A stretch of 64,000 nt of DNA from Planctomycetota bacterium (GCA_027622195.1 JAQBZO010000005.1:18861-82860), one strand, 5' to 3'; shown: positions 1 to 9,958, counted from the stretch's first letter. Made by a program: numbers and translations. Notes: generated from the sequence alone by a model not told the origin.

Positions 1-600
1 TGAGAATCCACCCTCTGGTCCTACAAAGAGAACGATCGGAGCGTCGTCGATCTCGATGACTCTCTCCAGTGGATCGCCCGCTGAATCAAGGATGATCGCG
101 CGCGATCCGTTCTCCATGACCTTTTGAACGCATGCCAGTGGAGTTTGCTCGGGTCGCAGGCGAGGTATGTAGGCACTGCGGCTTTGCTTGCTTCCTTCCA
201 GCAAGATGCGCTCAAACCGCACCCGAAGGTGATCGGTCATCGTCACCACACTGTGCGCGCACTTCAGTGGGATGCACCCTTCAATTCCGAGTGGTCCGAG
301 CGATTCGAGCAGCGTGGCACTTCGATCGCCTTTGGGAATCGCCGTCGCGATGACGACTGATCGTCCAAGGCGCGCTTGAAGCGTGGGCGGATTGAGATCA
401 ACGCCAATGCGACCCTCGGCATCGTGTGAATCAGTCAGGAATCCGCTCGCGACCCATCCATCCCCATCTGAAAAAGTCACGGCATCCCCTGCACGGAGCC
501 GCCGCGAACCAGCGACGTGCCGAGTCTCGTCGCCATTCAACCAAACACGACCTCCTGCACGAGGAAGAGGAGCATGATGAAACCACGGTGCGTCAGTCAT
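1..600 (-). CDS. rsmE: 16S rRNA (uracil1498-N3)-methyltransferase RsmE, C-terminus cut by window edge
   Basis: Absent from the ORF track because it runs off the window. My minus-strand translation from ATG 600..598 reads MTDAPWFHHAPLPRAGGRVWLNGDETRHV...VIATAIPKGDRSATLLESLGPLGI...PIVLFVGPEGGFS, with the GPEGGFS SPOUT motif typical of RsmE. Its ATG overlaps the rsmJ stop (ATGA). Confidence 0.8.
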   Translation of the reverse strand, partial: MTDAPWFHHAPLPRAGGRVWLNGDETRHVAGSRRLRAGDAVTFSDGDGWVASGFLTDSHDAEGRIGVDLNPPTLQARLGRSVVIATAIPKGDRSATLLESLGPLGIEGCIPLKCAHSVVTMTDHLRVRFERILLEGSKQSRSAYIPRLRPEQTPLACVQKVMENGSRAIILDSAGDPLERVIEIDDAPIVLFVGPEGGFS

Positions 601-1238
601 CTTGTATCCATCGGGAGATAGAGATCGTATCGCACCAGTTTGGATGGAAATTGCGCATTGACATGGCCACTCAGAGGCGGAGCACGATGAGGTCGACGCA
701 CCACAACGCGCCGAGCGCCCGACTGCATCGCCGCTGCGAACAACGCGTCGGTGTCAGCATCATCTCCCACCGCAGCACGGACGAGCCGAATATCTCGTGG
801 AGGAAGTGCGCTCGATTCACAGTGTGGATACATGGGATCGAGAGAGACGACACTTGCACCTGAATCAGCGCGCCACTTCGACACCACTTCGATCGCATCC
901 GCATGAATCAATTCAATGCGAGAGGCGATGTCGGCAATCGCAGGATCTTGAAGCGCACGGTCGAGGGCATCGCGTGTGACGCGGACCATATCAATCGATC
1001 GTTCCAATGCGATGATGCGACGTCCTGTTGCGGCGAGAAGCCATGCGTCCCAACAGAGTCCAGCCGTTGCATCGATAATCGTGTCGGCACTCCGTCCCAC
1101 TGCTTTGACGAGTGGATGGTGCGCAAGTCCCTTCAGTTGAAAGGTCGAGAAATCAACCACAACGCCGCTGCCTGAAGGCTCTTCTTCAAGCCTCAATTCA
1201 ACTCGTCCATCCACTGAAAATGCTGCGGCACGCTGCAT
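597..1238 (-). CDS. rsmJ: 16S rRNA (guanine1516-N2)-methyltransferase RsmJ (YhiQ family)
   Basis: 213-aa ORF. Motif IIDATAGLCWDAWLLAATGRRIIALERS and SLDPMYP resemble the SAM-dependent RsmJ/YhiQ family. Confidence 0.7.
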   Translation of the reverse strand: MQRAAAFSVDGRVELRLEEEPSGSGVVVDFSTFQLKGLAHHPLVKAVGRSADTIIDATAGLCWDAWLLAATGRRIIALERSIDMVRVTRDALDRALQDPAIADIASRIELIHADAIEVVSKWRADSGASVVSLDPMYPHCESSALPPRDIRLVRAAVGDDADTDALFAAAMQSGARRVVVRRPHRAPPLSGHVNAQFPSKLVRYDLYLPMDTR

Positions 1239-1285
1239 GGGAGCACGGTATCCGCCGCAGCGGACTGCCGTACAATCGCCCGACT

Positions 1286-2659
1286 ATGCCTGCTCCAGTC
1301 CACCAGTCCATTCTCGAAATGATTGGGAACACGCCGATGCTGCGCCTTTCGCGGCTGGATACTGGTTGCTGCGAGTTGTATGTCAAACTCGAAAGCCAGA
1401 ATCCTGGTTCGAGCATCAAGGATCGAATCGCTCTCTCGATGATCGATCAAGCTGAGCGCGACGGACGACTGAAACCTGGCGGACTCATCGTCGAGGCGAC
1501 GGCTGGAAACACGGGTATTGCGCTCGCCCTTGTCGCCGCCGTGCGCGGATACAAACTCACCGTCGTGATGCCCGACAAGATGAGCGAAGAGAAGGTTTCA
1601 CACCTCCGCGCCATGGGAGCGGCTGTCGTCCAGACGCGCAGCGATGTCGCGAAGGGGCATCCCGAGTATTACCAAGATGTCGCAGAGCGACTCGCACGCG
1701 AAGTCGGTGGTTTCTATGTGAATCAATTCTCGAATCCTGCCAATGTCGAGGCGCACTACACGACGACGGGGCCGGAAATCTGGGATCAAATGGATGGGCG
1801 AGTCGATGCATTCGTCGCCGGCGTCGGATCGGGCGGAACGATCGCTGGCATTGGGAGATATCTACGAGAGAAGAATCCGAATGTGGAGATCATCTTGGCA
1901 GACCCCATAGGAAGCATCTTGGCTCCCCTTGTGAATGAGGGCAAACAAGTCACCGCAGGATCGTGGCTCGTCGAGGGGATCGGCGAGGGTTTTGTGCCGA
2001 GCATCTTAGATCTCAGCATTGTCGACTCTGCGATCGCCGTCTCAGACGCTGACGCGTTCAAGACGGTGCGCGATCTGCTCAAGAATGAGGCGATTCTCGC
2101 AGGATCAAGCGTCGGCGTGCTGCTCTTTGCCGCACTTCAATACTGCCGATCACAGAAGTCGCCGAAGCGAGTCGTCACTTTGATTTGCGACAGCGGTGCG
2201 AAGTATCTCTCAAAGATGTACAACGATTGGTGGTTGCACGATCAAGGGATGCTTGCGCGTGAGACAACGGGTGATCTGCGCGACCTCATTGTTCGACGCC
2301 ACCAGCAGCGCGAAGACTTTTGCCTCATGCCGCATGTTCCCCTCAACCAAGCCATCAAACGGATGCAGTCCTCGTCGGTCAGCCAGATGGCGGTCCTCGA
2401 TGAACACGATCAACTCGTCGGTGTCATGGATGAGAGTGACATTTTGCTCGCGTTGCTCCATAATCCCAAGGCAGCGACTGATCCAGTCAGCGGGTTCATG
2501 TCCACGCGCGTCAAGACGGTGGCTCCGACAGCATCGATCGCTGACATCCACACCATTTTGCGCGCTGATATGGTGGTAATGGTGCAGGATGGAACCAAGT
2601 ATCTCGGGCTCATCACGAAGATGGACCTTATCCATCACCTGCGCCGACAAGCCTCTTGA
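1286..2659 (+). CDS. cystathionine beta-synthase (PLP domain plus C-terminal CBS/Bateman pair)
   Basis: Track ORF 1112..2659 trimmed to ATG 1286 (MPAPVHQSILEMIGNTPMLRL). Fold-type II PLP motifs are present (SSIKDR, ATAGNTGIALA, GVGSGGTIAG). The C-terminal ~130 aa resemble a tandem CBS domain pair. Confidence 0.8.
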   Translation: MPAPVHQSILEMIGNTPMLRLSRLDTGCCELYVKLESQNPGSSIKDRIALSMIDQAERDGRLKPGGLIVEATAGNTGIALALVAAVRGYKLTVVMPDKMSEEKVSHLRAMGAAVVQTRSDVAKGHPEYYQDVAERLAREVGGFYVNQFSNPANVEAHYTTTGPEIWDQMDGRVDAFVAGVGSGGTIAGIGRYLREKNPNVEIILADPIGSILAPLVNEGKQVTAGSWLVEGIGEGFVPSILDLSIVDSAIAVSDADAFKTVRDLLKNEAILAGSSVGVLLFAALQYCRSQKSPKRVVTLICDSGAKYLSKMYNDWWLHDQGMLARETTGDLRDLIVRRHQQREDFCLMPHVPLNQAIKRMQSSSVSQMAVLDEHDQLVGVMDESDILLALLHNPKAATDPVSGFMSTRVKTVAPTASIADIHTILRADMVVMVQDGTKYLGLITKMDLIHHLRRQAS

Positions 2660-2682
2660 ATCCATCGAAACAAAGGACAACC

Positions 2683-3891
2683 ATGTCGTCTCACGAACCA
2701 CTGCACATCTCGTCGCGCTGCATTCACGGCGGACAGCACCCGGAACCGATGACCGGCGCGGTCATGCCTCCGATTTTTACGTCGAGCACATTTGTGCAGA
2801 AGTCGCCAGGTGTCCACTCTGGATTCGAGTATTCAAGAAGTCATAACGCAACACGATTCGCCTTCGAGCGTTGTCTTGCCAACCTTGAATCGAGTGGACT
2901 GGATGAAGAAACCGAGCGCACTTGCGGTGGATTCGCATTCGCCAGCGGACTGGCCGCAATCGCCACCGCCCTTGAACTCCTCGATGCGGGCGACACGATC
3001 GTTTGCATGGATGACGTGTATGGTGGAACGAATCGGCTCCTCAATCGCGTGCGCGCGCGAACACAGGCTCTCAAGATCATCGTCGTCGATATGAGTGACT
3101 TGAAAGCCCTCGAACAAGCCATCACACAACACAAGCCGAAGATGGTGTGGACTGAAACACCATCCAATCCAATGCTCAAGTTGGTCGACCTTGCTGCCGT
3201 CGCGGCGTTGAGCAAGGCTGCGGGAGCGATCTCGGTGGCCGACAACACATTCGCCACGCCGATTCTTCAGCGTCCTCTCGAACTCGGATTGGACATCGTC
3301 ATGCACTCGACCACGAAGTATGTCGGAGGTCATAGCGATACAGTCGGCGGAGCGTTGATCACGGGACGATCCGATCTCGCTGAGCGATTGCGGTTTCTTC
3401 AGAACGCGATCGGTTCCGTCATGGGGCCATTCGATGCGTACCTCGCACTGCGTGGACTCAAGACGCTCGCCCTTCGGATGGAGCGGCATTGCCAGAGCGC
3501 GCTGCGCATTGCAACGCACCTTGAGTCACACCCGAAGGTGGCGCGCGTGCTTTACCCAGGACTCAAGAGCCATCCGCATTTCGCCGTGGCGCAGAAACAA
3601 ATGAGATTGGGCACGACTCCTGCAGGTGGAGGAATGATCACCATCGAACTGAAGGGTGGCATCGCAGAGAGCCGCCGATTCCTCGAGACTGTTCACGTTT
3701 TTGCACTCGCTGAAAGTCTCGGAGGCGTTGAAAGTCTCATCGAACACCCCGCCATCATGACCCATGCGAGCGTTCCTGCTGAACAGCGCGCTCAACTTGG
3801 AATCAGCGATTCCCTCGTTCGACTCAGTGTTGGCATTGAAGAGGTCAACGACCTCATCGCTGACCTGAATCGCGGACTCGACGCGATTTAA
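2683..3891 (+). CDS. cystathionine gamma-lyase / gamma-synthase family PLP enzyme
   Basis: Track ORF 2656..3891 trimmed to ATG 2683, preceded by AAGGA. Carries the Cys/Met-metabolism PLP family signature HSTTKYVGGHSDTVGG. It lies 23 nt downstream of CBS, suggesting a reverse transsulfuration pair. Confidence 0.8.
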   Translation: MSSHEPLHISSRCIHGGQHPEPMTGAVMPPIFTSSTFVQKSPGVHSGFEYSRSHNATRFAFERCLANLESSGLDEETERTCGGFAFASGLAAIATALELLDAGDTIVCMDDVYGGTNRLLNRVRARTQALKIIVVDMSDLKALEQAITQHKPKMVWTETPSNPMLKLVDLAAVAALSKAAGAISVADNTFATPILQRPLELGLDIVMHSTTKYVGGHSDTVGGALITGRSDLAERLRFLQNAIGSVMGPFDAYLALRGLKTLALRMERHCQSALRIATHLESHPKVARVLYPGLKSHPHFAVAQKQMRLGTTPAGGGMITIELKGGIAESRRFLETVHVFALAESLGGVESLIEHPAIMTHASVPAEQRAQLGISDSLVRLSVGIEEVNDLIADLNRGLDAI

Positions 3892-3900
3892 ATGGCTCCC

Positions 3901-4710
3901 TTACTGCGGCGAGGATTCACTCGCCGAAGGGACCGTCCACGCACCATTTTTCCACGCCGTCGCGGCGGGATTGACCCCCGCAATCACAGCGAGCTGACGC
4001 TCATCCACCCAGACGAGTGGCGCGCGTTGTGTGCGTGCAAGGGCATAACTCCAACGATCATCGGACGACTCGAGTGCGGCAGCAACTCCAACGAGTGCGA
4101 CCTCGATGTCGTGTGCAGAAAGATGAGGACGCGTTCCCTCTCGAAGTCCCTGCATGTCCATGATCAATCGCTTTGGGCCTCCATCAACATCGATGACAAC
4201 GGAGTCAAACGCCTTTCGCGTGGTGGGAACCTTAAGTGCCTCGCTCGCGGAGCCCATGCGGCCAGCTCGAATGTGAGATGCGGCGCCCGCAGCCAGCACG
4301 ATCGACGCGCGAGTGATCTGGGTTGTCTGACCCGATTCCATTTTTTTAGCGCGCATGCGAGCGAGGGCAAGCGCAGCACTCTTGATGCGCGCTCCATCAG
4401 GCGATGATGGATCTTCATTCGCTGCGATTCCAAGAGCGGCACTTCGACCGAAGTGGCTGGGATCCAAGACGCCTGACAAAGCGAACAACTGACGGGCGAG
4501 CGTGGCCTCGGCGGTGGTCGATCCTTCACTCACAATCTCCTCGGCAAGCATGAAGTAGGTGAGCGGCTGATGGGGATCGACTGCGGCAAGGCGATCGGTC
4601 CAACGATCAAGTGGCCCATCAGCGACTCGGCTCGCGGCGAAGGTGAGGACGACGACGAAAAGCGATGCTGCTGCGCAGAGGATAAAGATTCGATGCAAAG
4701 GCAAGATCAT
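3901..4710 (-). CDS. hypothetical membrane-anchored/secreted protein (last gene of the ExbBD operon)
   Basis: 269-aa ORF with a hydrophobic N-terminus (MILPLHRIFILCAAASLFVVVLTFAAS). Its ATG overlaps the upstream stop (ATGA at 4707..4710). I recognise no family motif. Confidence 0.5.
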   Translation of the reverse strand: MILPLHRIFILCAAASLFVVVLTFAASRVADGPLDRWTDRLAAVDPHQPLTYFMLAEEIVSEGSTTAEATLARQLFALSGVLDPSHFGRSAALGIAANEDPSSPDGARIKSAALALARMRAKKMESGQTTQITRASIVLAAGAASHIRAGRMGSASEALKVPTTRKAFDSVVIDVDGGPKRLIMDMQGLREGTRPHLSAHDIEVALVGVAAALESSDDRWSYALARTQRAPLVWVDERQLAVIAGVNPAATAWKNGAWTVPSASESSPQ

Positions 4711-6611
4711 GCTGCACCTCCTCCGCCGCCCTCGAGTTTCATCGAGAGCGATTCAAGCCGCAGGAGTACCGATGCGTCGACAGCAAGTTGATCGAGAATG
4801 GTCGCAGCAGTGGCGCGCTCCTGATCTGCCCGCATGGTCTCAGCGTCAATTCGCTCGATCAACAATGGCCAACGATGGCGAAGTCGCGCCGCACCTGCCT
4901 CCACGAGTGCCCACTGAACGGCTTCGAACCGTTGAGGTGGACCGATGGCAGCACGCATGCGATCACTCAAGTTGCGATCGATCGCCGCTCGCTCATCGAC
5001 ACTCAAGACAGTCGCAACTCGCACGAGCAAGAGAGTCGCCGCTTCTTCCGCGCTCGATGACGATTCGGTGCGCGACTCACTCGCTCCCATCAACGCCGCT
5101 CGATGCGCAATGGTGGCACGCAGCGATTCAGCAAGCCGGTCAACTCTCAGCGATGGAGCTTCGATCGCCGCGATGGCTCGCTCCGACAGCACCTTGGTCG
5201 CCCATTCGCGCCACTGATCATCTGACACATCGATCGATCGGCCGGTGTACGCGCCGATAAACCCTGTGACCTCGCTCGATCGTCGCGCCAGCGGCAATGC
5301 TTCGACAAGGGCAAGCGACATCGTCGGACTCGCTGTGAGTCGATCCAGAATGAGTGTTTGCGCGAGCGTTCTCGATGAGTTGTTCGAATCACTCATCGCC
5401 GCGGACGCGAGCGCTGCCGCGTCCTCTGCACCAATGCGACTTCCAGAAACGACGCGAAAGTTTCCGAGTGCCTTTTCTCTCGACGACGCTGCGCTTCCTG
5501 CCTGCTTGAGTCCAGAAGAAAGAGCGTGATCGGGTGCTTCTTGCACAGGAAGCACGGCTGATACCAACCCCTTTGAAGCATCGTGGGGAATCGAATCGAG
5601 GATGGTTCGAGCGCTGAGCAGATCACGCTCGCCAAAAAGTGTCGCGGACTGAAGGAGCGCGTGAGTCCTCTCGAGGCGCGACATCACCTGTTCCGCTGAA
5701 AGTGCTCCGTCTTTTGTCAACCACGTCGAGTCCGCCGCACTTTGCCACTGGACCATGAACGAAGCGGCTGCACTGTTCTGCGGCGCGGGTGCGGGAATGA
5801 CCGGCGATTCGTTTTTCCTTGCAGTGCCTTCGGTGCGCACAGTCGCGTGCGTCGGAGTCGGAGTCGGAGTCGACACAACAGCGTCTGGTCGATCCTGCTC
5901 TTGCTGCGCAGTGGGTAGCCTCGAGTCGGCCGTCGAAGCGGTCGTTTCTGTGGGCTTCACCTCGATCAATGGTTGCGTCGCAAAGATCACATTCCACGCG
6001 ATCACTCCAGCACCAACGCTGAGTGCAACGGCCAACGCCATGACCGTGGTCGTTGTCCACCGACTTGATGCCGTCATCGGCACCACCACATCAATGCTCG
6101 CCATAAGTCCATCCATCGCTGCGGTTGATGTCGATGGAGCCAAACCCGACGAAGGACGAGCGGCATTCTCTCCCTCACGAGAACCCGCGGCGCGGGCGAG
6201 GATAGACCGCAGTTCGTCAGCGTTGAGTCCCCTTCGCGCCGCCCACGACATGATGTGACGCCGACTTCGATCGTTCCATCCGCGATACCGCTGCAAGATG
6301 GAACGCATCTCTCTGACTTGACGGTCCACCCCTTCGGCTGATCGCGGCGCGTGTGTTTCAGTGGGTGGATTGGGAGAGGCACGCTCGCGAGCCAATGCCG
6401 CACGCATTACTCGGCGCGCCGCTTGCACGATGCGAGTGCGAGCCGCGACTCCAGCCGGCCCCTTTGAGTCGGGGTGTGCTGCGACCTGACGAAGTCTCCA
6501 TTCCGTTGCAGACGAGATGCGTTCTCGCGGCGCCTCGGGCGACACGCCCAGCAATTCATGATCAGTCGCAGTGGGTGAAATCCCGCACAGTTCTGCAATG
6601 TGATCGTTCAT
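4707..6611 (-). CDS. J-domain-like (HPD) single-pass membrane protein with Pro/Thr-rich linker and large C-terminal domain
   Basis: Track ORF 4707..6680 trimmed to ATG 6611, which overlaps the upstream stop (ATGA). The N-terminus DHELLGVSPEAPRERISSATEWRLRQVAAHPDSKGPAGVAARTRIVQAARRVM has J-domain helix II - HPD - helix III layout. A TM helix follows (WTTTTVMALAVALSVGAGVIAWNVIFA), then a linker (STPTPTPTHATV...PVIPAPAPQ) and ~330 further aa. Confidence 0.5.
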   Translation of the reverse strand: MNDHIAELCGISPTATDHELLGVSPEAPRERISSATEWRLRQVAAHPDSKGPAGVAARTRIVQAARRVMRAALARERASPNPPTETHAPRSAEGVDRQVREMRSILQRYRGWNDRSRRHIMSWAARRGLNADELRSILARAAGSREGENAARPSSGLAPSTSTAAMDGLMASIDVVVPMTASSRWTTTTVMALAVALSVGAGVIAWNVIFATQPLIEVKPTETTASTADSRLPTAQQEQDRPDAVVSTPTPTPTHATVRTEGTARKNESPVIPAPAPQNSAAASFMVQWQSAADSTWLTKDGALSAEQVMSRLERTHALLQSATLFGERDLLSARTILDSIPHDASKGLVSAVLPVQEAPDHALSSGLKQAGSAASSREKALGNFRVVSGSRIGAEDAAALASAAMSDSNNSSRTLAQTLILDRLTASPTMSLALVEALPLARRSSEVTGFIGAYTGRSIDVSDDQWREWATKVLSERAIAAIEAPSLRVDRLAESLRATIAHRAALMGASESRTESSSSAEEAATLLLVRVATVLSVDERAAIDRNLSDRMRAAIGPPQRFEAVQWALVEAGAARLRHRWPLLIERIDAETMRADQERATAATILDQLAVDASVLLRLESLSMKLEGGGGGAA

Positions 6612-9145
6612 GGATTCACTCCCACGCCCAGTTTCGTAGCTGCCTCGCGCAACTGCTCTCCAAACGGTGCTGGTCCCCAATTGGGATCGAGTTGTCGATG
6701 CTGCCTGAGCACGTCACTCGCTGCCTTTGGATCGGACACCACCAAGAGATTCACGAGGTCCACCTTAATGCGATACCACTCCACAGTTCCCTGTTGAACT
6801 CCCGCGATTGCTTCGGTGAGTGATTGGATTGCTTCCTTGTGGTGCCCCGTGCGCGCGCCCACCCGTCCACGCCGTTCGAGAACACCTAGTTGCGACGAGT
6901 CGCTGGGAGGAAGTTCTTGAAGCACACTCCACGCCTCAGACCAAGAGGCATCATCGTCGGCGGCGATCAGAATGTCGATGAGCAGCAATGCAGACGCTCC
7001 ACTCTGAGAAGAATCTGCCCTCAGCCTCTCGGCGCGCGCCACAGGAGCAATGGATGCTGCAACATCGGGCGACAACTTCCCGTTGACTGACAACTGCTGC
7101 GCCGCTTCAAGGATCGCAACGTTCGCGACAGACTTCCAGACCGAATCCGCTTGGCTGAGCGCACTCGCAAACTCGATCGCTTCAGCGAGATCACCGCGAA
7201 GTGCAGAGAACTGCGCGCGGCGGCACTGCATCTCTGCGACGAGATCTGGATCCATCACTTCTCCCCCCGCCGTCTGCACACGATTGGCGAAGGCGAGGAG
7301 CCGCGCTGCTCGGTCTTGATCGTTGATCGTCAAGTCGAGAGCGCATTCGAGTTGTCGTCGCACGACGATGTCGATCGCTGATGAATCGGACGAATCAGCG
7401 GGAGGAACAGCCACACCGAGGAGCGCGTGGGCGTGTGCAACACGGGCTTCTCCGGTCGATTGCCTGTAATGCCAATACAGAATGCGAGACAATTCGCGCT
7501 TCGCATCGGACCACGACTCATCGGTCGGAGGGACGGCGCGAAGCGCGCTCACAAACGAAAGGCTCGGCTCACTGCGAGAGCTGCTATCGCTGACGAGAAG
7601 TCCCGCGCTCGTTCCCGCGTTACCGAACTCAGCGAGGTATCTCTTGCGCAGTTCAGTCAGTCGAAGATCCTTCTCGGGGCTCCCCGCCGCGGCCCGTTCG
7701 CGAGAAACGATCGCGAGTCGCAACGCTCGCTCGGCGAGATTCCAAGGAGTGTCGGATGCCTTCTCGAGAATGGGTGCTGCCTCAGCACATTGACCTGATT
7801 CAAGAAGTGACCATCCAAGGGCATATTGAATGCTTCTCGACAGCGGCTCGCTCGAAGTGATCGCAGGATCCAGGAGCAGCGATCGGAATGCAGTGCTTGC
7901 CTGAGCCGCTGCCTCTGCTCGATCCATCGACGAGCGAGCGTCCATTGCCTTCGCCATGTGTTCAGACCCATTCAACAATGTCGCCAGCGCTGGGTTGTGG
8001 TCGAGAGCGGGCTGCGGAATCCTTCCTCGAAGTGATGCCATTCGTTGGAAGTTGAGTTCGCGTGCGAGTGCGAAGAGTGCGTTGGCACCCGCGGCGGACG
8101 CATCGGGAGTTGGATTCCCTTGAAAAGCCTGGGTCGCAGCGATTTCGAGGGCATGTCCAGAGGCAGTTGCCTTCGAGGCGAGTGACGAGACGCGGTTCCA
8201 GTCTGTGGCATCCACGGCGGCGACCATCGTCCACCACGAAGCCCATTTCCGCGCCGACTCAGCAGCGGATTTATGTTGAATGAGAGCCATCCAATCGATC
8301 GCGATGGTGGCGTTTCCGTCAGCGCGCCCTTCGAGCGCACGAACGAGTCCCATTCCCTCAATCGCTGCCGAGTAGTAGTCGCGACCTCGCAAGTCAATAC
8401 TCGCCTCTTCAGGACGGGCGAACGCAGCATCAATATCGAGGACGGCAGCGAAACGACGAGCCACCACATTGAGTGCATCCAACTGCGAAGGCCCTGCCGC
8501 ATTCTCTCGATCGAGCCACGCAAGCCAGTATCCAGACCAAGCCGCGCGAAGACGCGCTTCACCAAGTAACTCTTCGACTTGAGCAAGCGAATTTTCAGCA
8601 TCTACTCGCGTTCGCCCCGACTCGCGAGTGACATCGCGTGCAAGATCGCCTCGTACCTTTTCGAGTCGCGCTTCCGCCTCGCCGGACCACTTCACTGCGT
8701 GACCGAGCAGTTTGCGCGCCCGATTCATTTCTTCGGATGACCCCTGCAGAGACCGCGCTCGTTCGCACACCGCAGCACCTTCTGCGTAATCGCGGCGCGA
8801 GACCGCAATACGAAGCGCGTCTTCCACACTCGGTTCCCACTTGGCGAGACACTGATCAATTCGAGTGCGAAGATCGTCATCAACGCCTCCGCGGCCTTGC
8901 TCGACGAGCTGCACATATCCCTGCGCGAGTCGCTGCGCGCGTTCCGCCTTCAGTCGCTCGGGTCCCGGCGCGGCGAGCTGCGATTCGAGTTCCCCGACTC
9001 GCAAGTGAGCGAGACCGAGGCGATCCACCATCGATTCCCACTGCCGACGCTCGGCTTCGGTGGATTGTCCGTGCACAATGGAACCAACAACCATGGTCAT
9101 GCAGAGCGGCACCAACAGCACGCGCCAATCACTCGGCGGGAACAT
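6608..9145 (-). CDS. large secreted alpha-helical repeat protein (TPR-like, tentative)
   Basis: Track ORF 6608..9226. I favour ATG 9145, which gives the signal-peptide-like [28 protein letters not shown]. The sequence is Ala/Leu/Arg-rich and helical throughout. The TPR assignment comes from composition only. Confidence 0.45.
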   Translation of the reverse strand: MFPPSDWRVLLVPLCMTMVVGSIVHGQSTEAERRQWESMVDRLGLAHLRVGELESQLAAPGPERLKAERAQRLAQGYVQLVEQGRGGVDDDLRTRIDQCLAKWEPSVEDALRIAVSRRDYAEGAAVCERARSLQGSSEEMNRARKLLGHAVKWSGEAEARLEKVRGDLARDVTRESGRTRVDAENSLAQVEELLGEARLRAAWSGYWLAWLDRENAAGPSQLDALNVVARRFAAVLDIDAAFARPEEASIDLRGRDYYSAAIEGMGLVRALEGRADGNATIAIDWMALIQHKSAAESARKWASWWTMVAAVDATDWNRVSSLASKATASGHALEIAATQAFQGNPTPDASAAGANALFALARELNFQRMASLRGRIPQPALDHNPALATLLNGSEHMAKAMDARSSMDRAEAAAQASTAFRSLLLDPAITSSEPLSRSIQYALGWSLLESGQCAEAAPILEKASDTPWNLAERALRLAIVSRERAAAGSPEKDLRLTELRKRYLAEFGNAGTSAGLLVSDSSSRSEPSLSFVSALRAVPPTDESWSDAKRELSRILYWHYRQSTGEARVAHAHALLGVAVPPADSSDSSAIDIVVRRQLECALDLTINDQDRAARLLAFANRVQTAGGEVMDPDLVAEMQCRRAQFSALRGDLAEAIEFASALSQADSVWKSVANVAILEAAQQLSVNGKLSPDVAASIAPVARAERLRADSSQSGASALLLIDILIAADDDASWSEAWSVLQELPPSDSSQLGVLERRGRVGARTGHHKEAIQSLTEAIAGVQQGTVEWYRIKVDLVNLLVVSDPKAASDVLRQHRQLDPNWGPAPFGEQLREAATKLGVGVNP

Positions 9146-9548
9146 AAGACACCTGCTTGAATCCAGCGTCTCCTGCAGCTTGCATCGCCGCGGCGACATC
9201 AGACACCACTGTTCCTGCGTGAACACGTACGAGAAGTCCGGGATCGTGTGGCAATCCCTTGAGCGCGTCTCGCAGCGCCGATTGGTTCGTGTAGTTCATT
9301 ACTCCCAGTCGAAAGACAGCACGCGGCCCATCAGGCAACACATCCACCACTTGCGACTCCAACAATCCCGTCCCCGCCATGCGCTGCGATTGCATACGCA
9401 GTTGGGCCGAGAGTTCGCTTTCTGGATGACCTGTCCCTGTCGTAAAAATGAAGTAGGACAAGAGAAGAAATGTGGCGTCGATCATGCTCGTGAGATTGAG
9501 AACGGCGGCTGCTCGTCCTCGCTTGGCGGCATGTGCAGCAAACTTCAT
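9129..9548 (-). CDS. exbD: ExbD/TolR family biopolymer transport protein (copy 2)
   Basis: 139 aa. The N-terminal motif [21 protein letters not shown] (TM helix with conserved Asp) is typical of ExbD/TolR. Confidence 0.85.
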   Translation of the reverse strand: MKFAAHAAKRGRAAAVLNLTSMIDATFLLLSYFIFTTGTGHPESELSAQLRMQSQRMAGTGLLESQVVDVLPDGPRAVFRLGVMNYTNQSALRDALKGLPHDPGLLVRVHAGTVVSDVAAAMQAAGDAGFKQVSYVPAE

Positions 9549-9958
9549 GGACGCGCCTCGGGCATGGTGGCGAGGCGAAGCCCTGAGAACCCCGCCTTGC
9601 GCAAAATGTTGGCGACTTGATTCAGTCGCTCGCTCGGAGCACGAAGATCCGCCCGCACGATGGGGATGGCTGTCGGACTCATGATCGCCGCTTCCTCCGC
9701 CATGTTCGTCAATTCCGCAGGACTGACTGCATCTTCTAGCACGATGAATCCGCCTGTTTCATCGACATTCACAACGAGAGCACTCATTGATCTCTGTTCC
9801 GACTTCTCGCCCGCCTCGTGTGGAAGTTCGACGCGCGTTCGAGCGGCCTGCGCCATCTGCGTTGTGGTCAGGAAGAAAATGAGCAGCAAGAAGACAACAT
9901 CCACCATCGGCGTGAGATCGGGACCGCTCGCACCAAAGCGATGGTGGGCAAACTTCAT
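9545..9958 (-). CDS. exbD: ExbD/TolR family biopolymer transport protein (copy 1)
   Basis: 137 aa. Motif [24 protein letters not shown] overlaps at both ends. Confidence 0.85.
   Translation of the reverse strand: MKFAHHRFGASGPDLTPMVDVVFLLLIFFLTTTQMAQAARTRVELPHEAGEKSEQRSMSALVVNVDETGGFIVLEDAVSPAELTNMAEEAAIMSPTAIPIVRADLRAPSERLNQVANILRKAGFSGLRLATMPEARP

Noticed and set aside
1112-1285. Long N-terminal extensions in track ORFs (for example 1112, 20402, 22455, 23495, 16942, 36845, 40009, 32343).
   Set aside because: The extensions overlap the preceding gene or are Arg-rich. Conserved N-termini and ATGA/GTGA coupling sites identify internal start codons.
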